DNA of 64,000 bases, taken from a virus (Duplodnaviria; Heunggongvirae; Uroviricota; Caudoviricetes). A model generated the notes under the pieces. That model did not search any database. It was not told the origin of the DNA and worked only from the letters and a program-made list of their open reading frames with translations. Positions 1 to 9,427 of this stretch are shown in pieces. Within the stretch, counting starts at the first letter, position 1. Every line of letters starts with the position of its first letter. A program made the position numbers and the translations under genes. The stretch lies in IMG/VR virus record IMGVR_UViG_3300021256_000055, positions 71,124 through 135,123 of that record, one strand, 5' to 3'.

Positions 1-633
1 TACTTCTTCTCCAATAATCTCAAAATTAAACTCTGCTCCCATCTTCTTTTTACATCTTAGGAGCGTTTCATACATATATGGCCACTGAGTTTTAGCAATT
101 TTATAAATACCCTCATTTACATCATTACCTAAATCTACAGTATTTTCAGTATTTTCTAAGTCAGCTTCTGCTTCTGCTTCTACTTCGCTATCCGTAGGAG
201 TAGATACAGCTTCTTCTGGCTCATCAGCTGTATCATCTTCAATAGTTTTCTCAGCTGTTGGCTCTGTAGTATAATCTTCTTTCTTAGGCTCTTCAGCTAC
301 TGGTGTTTTAGCTACTGGAGATTCTACAGGCTTACCTTCAAATGGAATATCATCAGTGTTATTTAATTCAGGTTTAGAAATAGGTTCTTCTTTTTTAAGT
401 TCTGAAATCTCAGCTTTTACCGGTTCGGGCGCTTTTGCTGACTTTTCTATATTAAGGCCTTTTTTGAAAATATGAATACCTTCAATAAAGTCATCTTCTG
501 AAAGACCAATTGTATTATATCCTAGAGAATTAAAGTCATCCCAAGAAATTTTATCATCTTCTGTCTCAGAAACATAATTTTTTATAGCTATACGCCCTTT
601 TAATGTTAAAGCTTCGTTTAATTTCATATTCAT
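1..633 (-). CDS. Acidic, Pro/Glu-rich hypothetical late protein (partial, runs off window start); possible head/internal protein
   Basis: Manually read open frame from ATG 633 (MNMKLNEALTLKGRIAIKNY...) to base 1 with no stop; ACTAATT motif just upstream; not in ORF track because truncated. Confidence 0.75.
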   Translation of the reverse strand, partial: MNMKLNEALTLKGRIAIKNYVSETEDDKISWDDFNSLGYNTIGLSEDDFIEGIHIFKKGLNIEKSAKAPEPVKAEISELKKEEPISKPELNNTDDIPFEGKPVESPVAKTPVAEEPKKEDYTTEPTAEKTIEDDTADEPEEAVSTPTDSEVEAEAEADLENTENTVDLGNDVNEGIYKIAKTQWPYMYETLLRCKKKMGAEFNFEIIGEEV

Positions 634-640
634 AATATGT

Positions 641-676
641 AATTAGTATTCTACATTTCTAAAACAAAAACTAATT
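641..676. promoter_or_regulatory. Divergent pair of ACTAATT candidate late promoters
   Basis: Minus-strand copy 641-647 and plus-strand copy 670-676, each facing a downstream gene. Confidence 0.55.
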
Positions 677-727
677 TCTAAAGATAATGCTAATATATTC
701 TATAGCAGATATTTTTGGAGGATATAA

Positions 728-2404
728 ATGGGAAGAGTTATTACATTTGGTAGTAACGCTCGGCATTCCATCCTTGAAGGAATGCAAGAACTAGAAGATG
801 CAGTAATATCAACATTAGGCCCTCGTGGTAGAACAGTTATTTTAGACTCTGGTAATGAACATCCAGTAGCTACCAAAGATGGTGTTTCAGTTGCAAGATT
901 TATTACTTTTTCAAATCATTATAAACGTATAGGCGCTTCAATTGTTAAAGAAGCCGCTACTAAAACAGATGCCGTTGCAGGTGATGGTACAACATCCACA
1001 ACTTTACTTACTGTTGAGCTTTGTAAAGCAGGAAATAAGCTTATAGATATGAATCTTGATGCTGTAGAAATCAAAAAGGGCTTTGATAAGGCTTGTGCTG
1101 ATGTTTTAGACGCATTAAATACACAAAGAAAGGTTATTTCTGGGCCAGATGACATAAGGCATGTAGCTACAATTTCCGCTAATAATGACCCAGAAATTGG
1201 TGGTATTATTGAAGAGGCATTTTCATCTATTGGTGAGGGTGGTATTGTAAGTGCTATTGGTGCAAATAATCGTACTGGTAAAACAACAGTTACAGTTTCC
1301 AATGGTATGGAAATTGAAAAAGGCCTTATTTCAAGCGTATTTATAAATACAAAAAATAATACTTGCGAACTTGAAAATCCAGTATACTTAATTCATGGGT
1401 CACCTCTTAAGCAGCTTGATGATATTCGTGGTGTTTTACAGATTGTAAATAGGCAGAACAAAAGCTTAGTTATTTGTGCGCCTGTTTTTGATGAAATATT
1501 TTTATCAGAATTTATTGATAGTGTAGAAAAGGGAACTATTTCTGGCGCACTTATCTATCCAAGAGGTAACGATAGGGTTTCAATAGACCAATTCATAGAA
1601 GACCTTGCTGTCCAGGTTGGTGCAACAGTTCTTAATGGAAAATCTAAAATAACAATTGACTCTTTTGACCCACAAACTATGCTTGGTACATCAGAATCTA
1701 TTGTAATTGCTAAAAAGAAGACTACAATTATCGGTGGTGGTGGTACAGAAGATGCAATAGAAAAACGTGTTGAAGAACTTCGTGCAGAAATTGCTAAGAG
1801 TGAATCAGGTAATGATGATGAAACTAAGTCACTCGTAGATATTGGTCTTTTAAGAGAACGTATAGCTAATCTTTCTGGTGGTGTAGCAACAATTCATATT
1901 GGCGCTCTTACTCCTCTTGAATTAAAAGAAAAGAAAGATAGATATGAAGATGCTATTAGAGCTGTAAATGCAGCTATTACAGAAGGTATTATTGCTGGTG
2001 GTGGTGCGGGTTTGCTTCATGCAGTTAAAGCTGTTTCCGAAAATCATAAGACACTTGAAAACCCTACACAGGAACATGGATATCAGACTTTCTTAAGCAT
2101 CTGTGAAATGCCAGCTAAAAAGATTATTGATTCAACTGGTAAGAAAGGCGATTATATTATAGAAAAAATTAAGGAAACTGGAAACATAAATTACGGTTTT
2201 AATGCCAAAAAAGAAGTTCTTACAGAAACAATGTATGAGGATGGTATTATTGACCCAATTTTAGTTACAAAAACAGCTCTTGCTTATGCTACTTCTATTG
2301 CTGGTACATTTATTACAACTGACTGCGTAATTACAGATGAAGCTCAGAATGTTTCAGTTTCTGCAATTGATCCTCTTCTTGATGAAGAGAAAGGAATGCT
2401 TTAA
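728..2404 (+). CDS. groEL: Phage-encoded group I chaperonin (GroEL/Cpn60-like)
   Basis: TLGPRGR, TKDGVSVA, AGDGTTS, LSGGVATI, EKKDRYEDA, GIIAGGG, GIIDP motifs; GGAGG RBS. Confidence 0.96.
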   Translation: MGRVITFGSNARHSILEGMQELEDAVISTLGPRGRTVILDSGNEHPVATKDGVSVARFITFSNHYKRIGASIVKEAATKTDAVAGDGTTSTTLLTVELCKAGNKLIDMNLDAVEIKKGFDKACADVLDALNTQRKVISGPDDIRHVATISANNDPEIGGIIEEAFSSIGEGGIVSAIGANNRTGKTTVTVSNGMEIEKGLISSVFINTKNNTCELENPVYLIHGSPLKQLDDIRGVLQIVNRQNKSLVICAPVFDEIFLSEFIDSVEKGTISGALIYPRGNDRVSIDQFIEDLAVQVGATVLNGKSKITIDSFDPQTMLGTSESIVIAKKKTTIIGGGGTEDAIEKRVEELRAEIAKSESGNDDETKSLVDIGLLRERIANLSGGVATIHIGALTPLELKEKKDRYEDAIRAVNAAITEGIIAGGGAGLLHAVKAVSENHKTLENPTQEHGYQTFLSICEMPAKKIIDSTGKKGDYIIEKIKETGNINYGFNAKKEVLTETMYEDGIIDPILVTKTALAYATSIAGTFITTDCVITDEAQNVSVSAIDPLLDEEKGML

Positions 2405-2703
2405 TGGTAACAAATAGAAAAACTTTTAATGATCCAGATTATTATCAGCCAGTAGTAATCTGGGCAAAGCCTACAAAAGTAGGTTTTCATACAGAAACTG
2501 TTCCATATCAATTTATATCACCAAATGTATTTATTGATGAGGGAGACGCTGCAAAGTTCTTAATTCAATTTGTTAAAGGACTTCTAGCTACTGGTGATTT
2601 ACCTCCTGAAGTTCTTGATAAAAATGGCCAGTTAAATGAAAGAGTAATAAAAACGGCTATATATCCAGTAATTATAACGGAAATGGAATTAGATGCGGAT
2701 TAA
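2404..2703 (+). CDS. Hypothetical protein (99 aa) translationally coupled to groEL
   Basis: TAATG stop/start overlap; no GroES motifs recognised. Confidence 0.75.
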   Translation: MVTNRKTFNDPDYYQPVVIWAKPTKVGFHTETVPYQFISPNVFIDEGDAAKFLIQFVKGLLATGDLPPEVLDKNGQLNERVIKTAIYPVIITEMELDAD

Positions 2704-3130
2704 AATAGGTATGAAAAAACCTAAAAAAGAATCAGTTTGGAAAAATTTAACAAAACAACAAAAGCGAAATCGTCTTATGGTGTATTCTTTTTTAGGTATA
2801 TGGTACATTTGTGGTATTTTATCTTTTTTTATGAAACTTATACCTCTTGGTATAATCTTATGCTTTGTACCAAGTGTAGCTTTATATATTCTAGCAAAAT
2901 TGCCAGGATATATTATAAGAGACTACTGTAGAAGAGCAGAAAAAGAGTATCAATTACATAAAAATGATAAAGACCCAGAAAGAATTTATTTGACTGGAGA
3001 ACAAATGTATAGATATATACATGGAGAAGTTATAGACTTAAAAGATGGTAAAACAAGGCCATTCTCTTATAAGTCTATTATGCAAAGTAAACAACGCAGG
3101 GAGCAAGATAAAAATAATGGAAGAAACTAA
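2693..3130 (+). CDS. Hypothetical membrane protein (2 TM)
   Basis: Two hydrophobic segments after a basic N-terminus; overlaps neighbours in operon fashion. Confidence 0.7.
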   Translation: MRIKIGMKKPKKESVWKNLTKQQKRNRLMVYSFLGIWYICGILSFFMKLIPLGIILCFVPSVALYILAKLPGYIIRDYCRRAEKEYQLHKNDKDPERIYLTGEQMYRYIHGEVIDLKDGKTRPFSYKSIMQSKQRREQDKNNGRN

Positions 3131-3608
3131 AGAAAAGACGACAGATTCTGAAGTAATGATGGAAGCACCAAAAATGCTTAATGGACGTGAAGTTGAAGAT
3201 ATTAAAATTCGCTGTTCACGCCATGGTGATATTTCTCAAGGTTCTGTATACTTGAGATACTCAACAATTCAAGAAAGCACAAAAACAGTTATTAATAATA
3301 ATAATATTATGTGTATGTGTTGCTTAAATGAGCTTTATACTAAGCTTCAACAAACACCAAAAACAAATACTGTAATTTCTTATAAAAAAGATGATAATGG
3401 TAAATTGATTTTGGATGAAAATGGAAACCCAATCCAAATCGCTGAAAAGCAGGTTCTTTATCTTAAAGATAAAGAAGGCAATTTCATCTTAGATGACAAA
3501 GGTAATCCGGTACCAGAATATGAAGTAGGTACAACAACGGTTGAAGTTGTTTATAAAGATGAGCCTAAAAATGGTGAAGAAGTAACAAAAGACGCTGAAA
3601 ATAAATAA
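3117..3608 (+). CDS. Hypothetical protein with CxxH...CxCC motif and two D-x-x-G-x-x-I-L-D-x-x-G-N-P repeats
   Basis: Start moved to ATG 3117 (MEETKEK); CSRH and CMCC; DDNGKLILDENGNP / DKEGNFILDDKGNP. Confidence 0.7.
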   Translation: MEETKEKTTDSEVMMEAPKMLNGREVEDIKIRCSRHGDISQGSVYLRYSTIQESTKTVINNNNIMCMCCLNELYTKLQQTPKTNTVISYKKDDNGKLILDENGNPIQIAEKQVLYLKDKEGNFILDDKGNPVPEYEVGTTTVEVVYKDEPKNGEEVTKDAENK

Positions 3609-3619
3609 TATTTTTAGAA

Positions 3620-3651
3620 ACCCCTGTTAATATATTAAACAGGGGTATTTT
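3620..3651 (+). terminator. Intrinsic terminator
   Basis: acccctgtt-loop-aacaggggt stem followed by attttt, just after the 3608 stop. Confidence 0.75.
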
Positions 3652-3652
3652 T

Positions 3653-3868
3653 ATGTCTACATCTATTTGGCTAGTTATTCTAGCAATTATAGCGGGTATA
3701 AATATAATTTTAGGTATATTGAAAATAAAGGATAATTATATACAAGAAGGTGTTTATTCTTTTTTTATTTCTGCCTTTGCTATAGTACTTTTAATTTTAA
3801 TTAATTTTACAGGGCCCAATAAAAATGAGCCCCCTAAACAGGAGACTCACATTGAGCAGATTGGCTAA
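3653..3868 (+). CDS. Small membrane protein (2 TM)
   Basis: 71 aa, two hydrophobic helices. Confidence 0.6.
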   Translation: MSTSIWLVILAIIAGINIILGILKIKDNYIQEGVYSFFISAFAIVLLILINFTGPNKNEPPKQETHIEQIG

Positions 3869-3902
3869 AAATAAAGAGCATCTTTCGATGCTCTTTTTTA
3901 TT

Positions 3903-5729
3903 TTAGTCTTCAGAAAAATCCGCTTCCAAGTCACCAGCCATATAAGGAAGAAGGTCATACTTAATAAAGTAAACTTTCTGGTCATTCTCAAACTGCTGAT
4001 AAACTTCTGGTTTTAAGTAATCAGTAATACCTTTCTTTTCACACCATGTATCAAATCTTGCGAGTAACAAACCTGCAAGTGATGCAATAATACGAAGTTC
4101 AAGTCTAATACCAATACGCATATTTATCTTACTATTCTTATAGTTTAAGTCATTCATACAAGCCTTAAAGATTGCGAAAGACTCACGTTTTGCCCAATCA
4201 ACTAGTTCTGGCTCTGTAAGAGTTGTTTTACTTACATTAATCCAGTTAAGAACCTCTTCTGCGCGGAACAAGAATTGCTGTCTATTAAGGTAGATTGGAA
4301 TACAGTCACATCGAGACTGAATAGCATCATTCAAGTCTTCACGATTCAAGTTTGAAATCATTATCATTCTTGAAGTAAAGTAGAAAGAAGATGGAATTTC
4401 ATCTGCGATTTCATCAGCTACTGAGCCGTCAGCATTCATAACAGCCGCTGCCATATTATCTGAAGTTATACTGTTCAAGTCAATACCTTGAATAAATGTA
4501 TCCTGTTCTTTCAATGTCATTACTTTGCCATCTGGACGACAAAGAGGTTTACCACTCATAGCTTCCCTGAATTGTTCATAAGCCTTTCTCTCAGCTTCTG
4601 TAACTTTGTGCATTGGGAAACATTCTTTTAATTGAGCAGCTTCCTCTTTAGTAACATTACATTCATAAAGAAGTCCGCCAATACGATACTTAAGAATTCC
4701 TTCATCAACTTTAGATGTATCTACAGTGAATAATGTTCCTACTTCTGGAATTTCAGTATTAAGACATTCATCTAAGCCCATTTCTTTACGATAAAGCTTA
4801 GTTGCACCCTGACGAATAGTAGATGGAGTAGTAAGTGCATATCCATCTGGGTCCATTAAACACTTAAGGATGTTTTGAACATCATCATTGGTACTTGTAA
4901 CAAATCCGTCAGCATCATCAAGAATAATTACTTTATTTGCACGATTCTTAAAGAAGAAAACAATAAGTGGGGTAGGAGAAGCACCAATAGCGCCATGTGC
5001 TGTTTCAATTGTAGGTTTTGGACCCCTAGCAGTATTCCATTTTTCTACGCCTTTCTTAACAGCTTTAGCTACTGTATATGATTTACCAATACCTGGCTGA
5101 CCATAGATAAATGCAAATTGCTTCAATGAACGTCCTGATGCTACACGTTCAGAAGTCTGATAAATTTTATCAAACTTAGCATGAACAATTTCTTCAATTG
5201 AAGAACCTTTGGCATCAAAATCTGCAATAGCATTACGAAGATCTCTTAAAAATTTTGTTTCTGCTGAATCATCATCAGAACCTTCCTCATTAAAATCTTC
5301 TCTTGGGTCATCATCAGGTGATGCATATTTCTGTCCATTACTTGCAGTAATAGGAGTAGAATAATTTCCTTTACCCTCTGCCTTAGCAATACGTGCTTTA
5401 AGTTCATCTACAGTAAGTTTTTTAGCAGTAAATGAGTTATTATTCCAATCTGTTCTATTAAGATTAGCTAAATTGTAACCACTATCATTAAACTTTTCAA
5501 AAGTTCTATCTTCTGGATGGTCAACTGTAGCAAGAAAATATTTAAATATACAGGTAGATTTATTTATAGCTTCTTCAAGCTTACGCTGTTCTTGTCTTTT
5601 AATTCCCCAATCGTAACCTTCCCAAAGGTCTTCCAAAACGAGGTCTTCATTTGGGTCAAACATATACTCTGGAGGTAATGAGTCTGGTGGATTAATTGTA
5701 TCTGCTAATGTTCCTGTAATCATTGCCAT
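3903..5729 (-). CDS. AAA+ ATPase with large internal insertion
   Basis: Walker A GQPGIGKS, Walker B IILDD, IMISN sensor, AIQSRC arginine finger. Confidence 0.85.
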   Translation of the reverse strand: MAMITGTLADTINPPDSLPPEYMFDPNEDLVLEDLWEGYDWGIKRQEQRKLEEAINKSTCIFKYFLATVDHPEDRTFEKFNDSGYNLANLNRTDWNNNSFTAKKLTVDELKARIAKAEGKGNYSTPITASNGQKYASPDDDPREDFNEEGSDDDSAETKFLRDLRNAIADFDAKGSSIEEIVHAKFDKIYQTSERVASGRSLKQFAFIYGQPGIGKSYTVAKAVKKGVEKWNTARGPKPTIETAHGAIGASPTPLIVFFFKNRANKVIILDDADGFVTSTNDDVQNILKCLMDPDGYALTTPSTIRQGATKLYRKEMGLDECLNTEIPEVGTLFTVDTSKVDEGILKYRIGGLLYECNVTKEEAAQLKECFPMHKVTEAERKAYEQFREAMSGKPLCRPDGKVMTLKEQDTFIQGIDLNSITSDNMAAAVMNADGSVADEIADEIPSSFYFTSRMIMISNLNREDLNDAIQSRCDCIPIYLNRQQFLFRAEEVLNWINVSKTTLTEPELVDWAKRESFAIFKACMNDLNYKNSKINMRIGIRLELRIIASLAGLLLARFDTWCEKKGITDYLKPEVYQQFENDQKVYFIKYDLLPYMAGDLEADFSED

Positions 5730-5754
5730 AAAAATTATTACTCCCTTAATTATT

Positions 5755-5784
5755 AAAAAAGGGTAGGGATACTATACCCTACCC
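5755..5784 (-). terminator. Intrinsic terminator between scaffold-like gene and AAA ATPase
   Basis: gggtaggg-atactata-ccctaccc 8-bp stem; A6 on plus strand gives a U-tail on minus strand. Confidence 0.8.
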
Positions 5785-5810
5785 CTTCAAGTAGTCTCAA
5801 TTAAACAAGA

Positions 5811-6950
5811 TTATCTCTTGTTAAAACCTGACTTAAGGAAGTCTCCCCATTTGAAATTTCTCTTAGCAAGTTCTGCTTCGAGGCGCTGTTCAGCAAGGCC
5901 CTGAGCTGGCTTTTCAGCAGTCTCAGTAGATTCCTCAACTTTCTCATTAGACTCTTCAACTTTCTCAGCTGGTTTATCTTCAGTATCTGGAGTAAATTCT
6001 TCAGATTCTTTGATAGGCTCTTTGTTTTCTTCAGCAGCTGGTTCAGTAGATTCTTCTACATTACCAAGCTTCTTTCCAACTGGAACTTCGTTAAGAGGCT
6101 TTGTAGGCCAAGTATCAGCTGGTTCAGCTTCTTTAGAAGCGCCAGTAGCTGTACCCTTAACAAGCTCTTTCTCAGAAGGAATTTCAATAGCAGGTTTAGC
6201 CTGTTCGTCTTTACCTTCAGCAATACGAGCTTTAGAAGCCTCAATGCGTGATTCCATAACTGGAGCTGCTGGAGCAGCTGCTGCTGCATTAGGATCAGCT
6301 GGGGCACCAGTAACTGCAGGAACACCTGCGTTAGGGTCTGCACCCATATCTACAGGAGAAGCAATACCTGCCTGAGCTGCAAGAGCATCTACAGCAGTCT
6401 TAACCTGTGAAATCTGATCAACAACTTCCTGTGGAACTGGAGCTGTTGGAGTAGCCATTGCATTTGCGTCACCTTCTGCGCCTGTAACTGCTGCGCCTGC
6501 TGCCATTGTAGCATCAGCTGCGCCCATTACATCACCTTCTGAAAGACGTTTCTTTGCAAGAGCAACACATTTCTTAGATTCGTTAAGTTTGTCAAATACG
6601 CCCTTAACTGTAACTTTGTTTTCAACAATTTTTGATTTCTCTGAGCGAGTCTTCTCAAAGATACGAACTCTTTCTGAACGAGTAACTGGACCAAGGCCTT
6701 TAGACTCTTTGAACTCAGCAAATGCTTTGAGTGCCTTCTGGAATTCAGTTTCTTTTGCTTCATTAATTGGAGCCTCTGTTTTAGCTTTAGGCTCTTCTTT
6801 ACCTTCTTTTAAAGCTTTTTCCTCAGCTTTTACAGCTGCAGCGTAGCTTTCACGAATGAAGCTCATATCATATTCGTCCATTTCCTGTCCTGGGTGGTTA
6901 GCTTCTTTCCACTCAGCATACTTTGCGATAAATTCTGAAAATTTTACCAT
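5811..6950 (-). CDS. Acidic Ala/Glu-rich low-complexity protein, probable prohead scaffold/core protein
   Basis: About 14 (I/L/V/F)-x-E sites (INEA, LNES, VMES, IKES, VEES...), helical low complexity, short conserved-looking aromatic C-terminus (FKWGDFLKSGF). Confidence 0.6.
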   Translation of the reverse strand: MVKFSEFIAKYAEWKEANHPGQEMDEYDMSFIRESYAAAVKAEEKALKEGKEEPKAKTEAPINEAKETEFQKALKAFAEFKESKGLGPVTRSERVRIFEKTRSEKSKIVENKVTVKGVFDKLNESKKCVALAKKRLSEGDVMGAADATMAAGAAVTGAEGDANAMATPTAPVPQEVVDQISQVKTAVDALAAQAGIASPVDMGADPNAGVPAVTGAPADPNAAAAAPAAPVMESRIEASKARIAEGKDEQAKPAIEIPSEKELVKGTATGASKEAEPADTWPTKPLNEVPVGKKLGNVEESTEPAAEENKEPIKESEEFTPDTEDKPAEKVEESNEKVEESTETAEKPAQGLAEQRLEAELAKRNFKWGDFLKSGFNKR

Positions 6951-7022
6951 TTCGGTTATTTCCTATTTATTGTTAATCTTACATATTGCGTCGTTTGCAT
7001 TTATTCATATTTGAACGCATTC

Positions 7023-7058
7023 CCCGTATTTCTACGGATTAGGTCCTGTAGTGACCTA
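7023..7058 (-). promoter_or_regulatory. Two adjacent hairpins in the 5' leader of the scaffold-like gene
   Basis: Minus strand taggtc-actacag-gaccta and ccgta-GAAA-tacgg. Confidence 0.45.
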
Positions 7059-7124
7059 TTCATATAACAATCTATAAAAAAATTTTATATAATTGTAAAT
7101 AAATTAGTAATATTAAATTAAAAG

Positions 7125-7805
7125 TTACCAATCACAAGTGTAATCTTTTTTACCAAAATTACCAACATTATTAGCAAGTCTAGTATGTCCGCGAACAAAA
7201 TCCAAGTCAAATGTTAAATAAATCTTATTATTATATGAATAACCAAAATTATTTATAAAATCATTTTTAGACTCTAAACTTATACTACCAACTTTATACC
7301 TAATTTTACCAGTTTTTTCATCTCTATATGGCTTATTCATAGGTACTTTAACATCTATCCATATAATTGGTAAATCTGGTACTAACTCACCTGGTGCATT
7401 ATCTGATGAAAAACCAATAACAAGATCACCTACAGTGCTATTGAATTTATTATAAGCTGTTATACCTAATATATTTGCGGGTAAAATTTTCTGTACCCAT
7501 TCTTCTTTTTTTGAATTATAAAGTTCTTCAGTGTGTTTTACAATAATATTTTGATATCCTAAATCAAGAGCAATATAATTCAAAGCACTTAATACTACAT
7601 GCTCTGTAAGCGGTCCCCATACGTCAACTCTAAAATCTGTAGGATTTATCTGTTCAATATTATTATGATAATATTCTACTTTATCTAAAATCTCTTGCTT
7701 TGCATCACTAGAAAAATAGCTAGGTCCTTTATTTGCAAACGCTGCTAAAACCTCATTTATTTCTTCACTACAAATATCAAAATTTTCTTTAGTAATATCA
7801 CTCAT
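7125..7805 (-). CDS. Putative PD-(D/E)XK-fold nuclease
   Basis: GDLVIG...IWIDVK pattern; start at ATG 7805 overlapping upstream TGA. Confidence 0.45.
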   Translation of the reverse strand: MSDITKENFDICSEEINEVLAAFANKGPSYFSSDAKQEILDKVEYYHNNIEQINPTDFRVDVWGPLTEHVVLSALNYIALDLGYQNIIVKHTEELYNSKKEEWVQKILPANILGITAYNKFNSTVGDLVIGFSSDNAPGELVPDLPIIWIDVKVPMNKPYRDEKTGKIRYKVGSISLESKNDFINNFGYSYNNKIYLTFDLDFVRGHTRLANNVGNFGKKDYTCDW

Positions 7806-9396
7806 AAATATATACCTTATAGCCACAGTCGTACATAATATTGTAGCCTTCTTTTAATAAATTTAGTCTTGTTGATAGATCACTGTTAAAATCAAAATTA
7901 TCTTTTTGTTCTACCCAAGACCTTTTATTTAATGACCATGATTCAAGTTTACCGTCTCCTTTCCAGTAGTAAACTGATGGTACAGTATCTCTTAGATATT
8001 CCATAGCATTTGCTATATCATCTGGCCATCTCATATCATGATAATAAATCATACTTTCATCTGCATGCATTTTAGTCATCCAAATAACATATGCATGTAA
8101 GATATTTTCTATATAAGTTCCAACTTTAGAACATATTCTATTTAATTCCCAATTATATTCCTTTAGATATCTTGGTATTGAATATCCAGCCACTGAAACC
8201 AATTCGCCATTATAGTACATACCTAGTTTTAAGGATGCAGAGCCTTTACCCCATAAGTGATTATTTTCACAGAAGTCATTAAAAGTATCTAAGTCAATTT
8301 CTCTTATATCACAATTATAAGCAGAAATAGCTCTATCATAAATACCTAAAATATTTTTAATTTTAAATCTAACTATTTCTGGTTTAGTATACCAATAATC
8401 TTCCATTAAACCAATATAGGAAATTCCAAATTTCTCGCAATCCCTAGATTTTATTTGTAAATCATAATTACCAATATTAGAATGAGTTGCTGTTGAAATT
8501 AAATCAATTCCTACATTTTTTTCTGGAATATAAATATCAAAAGTAAAACCAGAAAAAGCATCATTATAGTCTGTTTTCGTTTCAAATCCTAATTTAGAAA
8601 TAAAAGCATTTATAGCACTTATCTGTCCTCGTGGTTTTACTGCTTTCATACAATTTGGACATCTATAAATTCTGGATTCATAAGTTACAGGAACTTCATA
8701 TCCACAAACGGCACATCTAAAATTATACATACCATTCTTAAAAATAAGATTTACATTTGGAAAATACTGTATAGCATTTAAGTAATCATTAAATCTTTTT
8801 TCTTTTTGTGGGGGAATATTATTTATTGAAGTTATTGTACTGTCATTATACTGGTCTTTTAATGAGTCAATCTGACTCTCCAATCTAATTCGCGTATAAG
8901 TTTCATAAGACCCATATTCTTCTTCTGCAGTCTGCTCAATATGCTTTTGTCTTATTGCATAAGCTTTTTCAACTGAGCCATATCTTTCCATCATACTAGT
9001 AAGGGATTTTAATCTAAAATCTGGTGCAAAAGCAGCATTTTCTACGCCTATAGTTTCCATTAAATGCTTTTTCTGGTTTTCATACCAAACTTTACCATAA
9101 TTTTCACCATACTTGGCTGCTTTTGTTGCTCTAATTTTTTCTTGTACTTCTGGACGGGCTTGTGGACTCGTAATCCCCGGCCCATATTTTGCTTCACAAG
9201 ACCTAGCCAACTTATGTGCTCGACAATAGATAAACTCTTTAGAAGAAGATAAATCAAAGTAAGACCTAACATGTAGTTTACCACATTTAGGACAATGACA
9301 CAAAATCTTAAATTTTCTCTTATCACTTTTAGGTTTAGGTAAATCTAAAAATTGACCATAGTTTTCAACTTCAGCATTATATGCTGGAAGATTCAT
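7798..9396 (-). CDS. Free-standing homing-endonuclease-like protein (Zn fingers, KYG repeats, Vsr/EDxHD-like nuclease, C-terminal GNAT-like region)
   Basis: CPKC, CAVC..CPNC, KYG/RYG repeats, FDIYIPEKNVGID..THS, FCENNHLWG...YNGELVSV...WELNR; GGAGG RBS before ATG 9396. Confidence 0.7.
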   Translation of the reverse strand: MNLPAYNAEVENYGQFLDLPKPKSDKRKFKILCHCPKCGKLHVRSYFDLSSSKEFIYCRAHKLARSCEAKYGPGITSPQARPEVQEKIRATKAAKYGENYGKVWYENQKKHLMETIGVENAAFAPDFRLKSLTSMMERYGSVEKAYAIRQKHIEQTAEEEYGSYETYTRIRLESQIDSLKDQYNDSTITSINNIPPQKEKRFNDYLNAIQYFPNVNLIFKNGMYNFRCAVCGYEVPVTYESRIYRCPNCMKAVKPRGQISAINAFISKLGFETKTDYNDAFSGFTFDIYIPEKNVGIDLISTATHSNIGNYDLQIKSRDCEKFGISYIGLMEDYWYTKPEIVRFKIKNILGIYDRAISAYNCDIREIDLDTFNDFCENNHLWGKGSASLKLGMYYNGELVSVAGYSIPRYLKEYNWELNRICSKVGTYIENILHAYVIWMTKMHADESMIYYHDMRWPDDIANAMEYLRDTVPSVYYWKGDGKLESWSLNKRSWVEQKDNFDFNSDLSTRLNLLKEGYNIMYDCGYKVYIYE

Positions 9397-9427
9397 AATA
9401 GCCTCCATAATACTAAATTAGGAAGCT

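Noticed and set aside
2404-2703. groES call for the gene after groEL
   Set aside because: Right size but lacks PLxDRV, the mobile-loop GGI and other GroES signatures.
6010-6846. Antisense/alternate-frame ORFs over the scaffold-like gene (similarly 919-1302, 41147-41578, 45594-46058, 56512-57108)
   Set aside because: Typical shadows of biased codon usage; no RBS or recognisable motifs.
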